Assembly (NCBI GenBank): GCA_051362555.1
Contig: CM120648.1
Span: 15,620,587-15,684,586 of the forward strand
Length of the DNA stretch: 64,000 nt
From: Lingula anatina
Lineage: Eukaryota; Animalia; Brachiopoda
Direction of reading: 5' to 3'
The position numbers were made by a program, and so were the translations under genes. The notes under the pieces are model-generated. The model ran no database searches and was not told where the DNA came from. It saw only the letters and a list, made by a program, of their open reading frames with translations. Below, in pieces: positions 62,365 to 64,000 of this stretch (position 1 is its first letter; each line of letters starts with the position of its first letter).

Positions 62365-64000
62365 GGCTGGGTCACACTGCGCTTGCAACCTTTTGGCAAC
62401 CTCTTTGCAACCTCAGGAGGTTGCCATAGGTTTTAAAGTGGTCGCATTAGGTTGCAAACAGGTCGCCTGCGATCGTTGACACACGAAGGCCATTTTTTTG
62501 CACCGACAACCAGTGCGACTGATAATGAAAACGATTGGTAACTGAGAGGTTGCCTATAGGTCTCCTCTTGGTTGCCAGTAGGTCGCTGTAACCAGACTAA
62601 AACCAGTCGCATACCACCTGTAACTGCACGGTCGATTGACGGTCTTTAGTCGCTTAGTTGCAAACAGGTTACTAACCGGTTGCAAGCGGTGGGCAGCAGG
62701 TCGCAAGGAGGTTGCAGTTGAAACTTCATGGTCGATTAACGGTCTTTAGTCGCTTGGTCTCTAACAGGTTTCTTACAGCTCGCATGCACTCGAAAACATG
62801 TCGCGAGAAGGTCGCAAGCAACCGTGATAAAATAAGCGTAGGATGGTGGCCACTAAATATATGAATATATTTTTCATTTATATCATGCCATTAAGGCTTT
62901 CTAAATACCTTGACAAAAATCGTTATTTCTCAATTAAAACGTAGATTGTATTTGTTGTCATCCTTTTAAATTTATTTACAAGGTTTTCATAAGTATTTTT
63001 TTTTTCAATAAAATAAATAAATGTATGAGTCCCTATCAGCCACCATACTTGACTAAAAGTGTTATGAATAGAAGCCGCTGAGCCCGTGTCTTCAGTCCCC
63101 AGTATGTCATCCAACAGCGTGGGAAGGGTGGCCAGAATGTATTTTGAGAAAGCAAATGCCCGTGAAGAAAGTTCTTCACAAAGTTCCAACACAGACTCTG
63201 CTTCCCACGAAGAGGATCAACCGAAAGATGATGAACGCGGAGGAGACAGGGAGGCTAAATTTACTATTAAAGAGGAAGAAGAATTAGTTGAGTTTTTTTA
63301 AGGAAAACGAGTTTTTCTATAACCAACAATTGAAAGACTTTAAAAACAAATCAAAGAAAGTGCCAAAACAATCAATAATGATTATCACAATGTAAACGAT
63401 AAACTGTTATCTTTTTATCCATTCCTATATCATGGCTAATTTTTGACAACTATTGTTGTCAAATTTACTGGAAACATTTTTAATGACTAAAGCAGTCGGA
63501 AATATCTTACTTTTTAATTTGCCAAGTCATAATTTGCCAAGTCACAATGGAAGAAAAATTAAGCAAATAGGCGGGCGCAGAGAAAAAAGTAATTAGCAAA
63601 GTTTGATTCATACTTTTTACAATAAATTTAATTGTCAGGCATTTTAATAACAGTAAAACAGTGTCACCAATATAAAGAAGGTCAAATAAATACAAATTAA
63701 CTTCCTACCAGTACTTAGAATTCGTACCACAAGGACGGAAACAAATTGATGACGCGCAGGATCCTTCACTATTTAATGATGTTGTATTGTAAGTGTAACG
63801 CTTGGAGCTACAAAGACAAAGGGAAAACCACACAATCGGTCGCAAATCAGTTGCTAAGCAGTCGGCGACCTTTTAGCAACCGGTTGGATACCACAAATAG
63901 GCTTTTCGGTCGCCATGAGGTTTTCGGTGCTGCACCGAAAACCGGCGCGACCGGATAGTAACCCAGCGTTCATTTGGAGACCACTTTGCGAGTTGTTGCA
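62365..64000 (+). mobile_element. Harbinger-like element with Myb/MADF-like remnant (runs off the window)
   Basis: TAA|GGCTGGGTCACACTGCGC end. KFTIKEEEELVEFF / GNEFFYNQQLKDFKNK at 63255-63360 resembles the Harbinger Myb/MADF protein. Inverted subterminal repeats from about 63830. Confidence 0.65.

Overview
AT-rich eukaryotic DNA, most likely from a marine invertebrate (mollusc-like repeat landscape; inferred). The clearest host gene is an intact 5-exon TNF-superfamily ligand on + (12340-15618, 321 aa, type II membrane protein). It is surrounded by three paralogous pieces of a signal-peptide, Cys-rich, TNFR-like ectodomain gene family. One lies head-to-head with the TNF gene on the minus strand (8914-9353), one is a dead 5' copy (22140-22640), and one is a long + strand gene (33481-52966) with an array of 33-nt symmetric micro-exons encoding a mucin-like stalk. 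A near-identical inverted copy of the TNF promoter and exon 1 lies at 27419-28111, again head-to-head with the Cys-rich gene. The rest is a dense, nested set of transposons: a full-length L1/Tx1 LINE with TSD, a Rex1-type LINE remnant, two Tc1 relics, Gypsy and DIRS/Ngaro fragments, a tRNA-SINE, and many non-autonomous TIR elements (EnSpm-, Kolobok-, IS3EU-, MULE-, Sola2- and Harbinger-like by their termini and TSDs). All calls were made by eye with no database searches.
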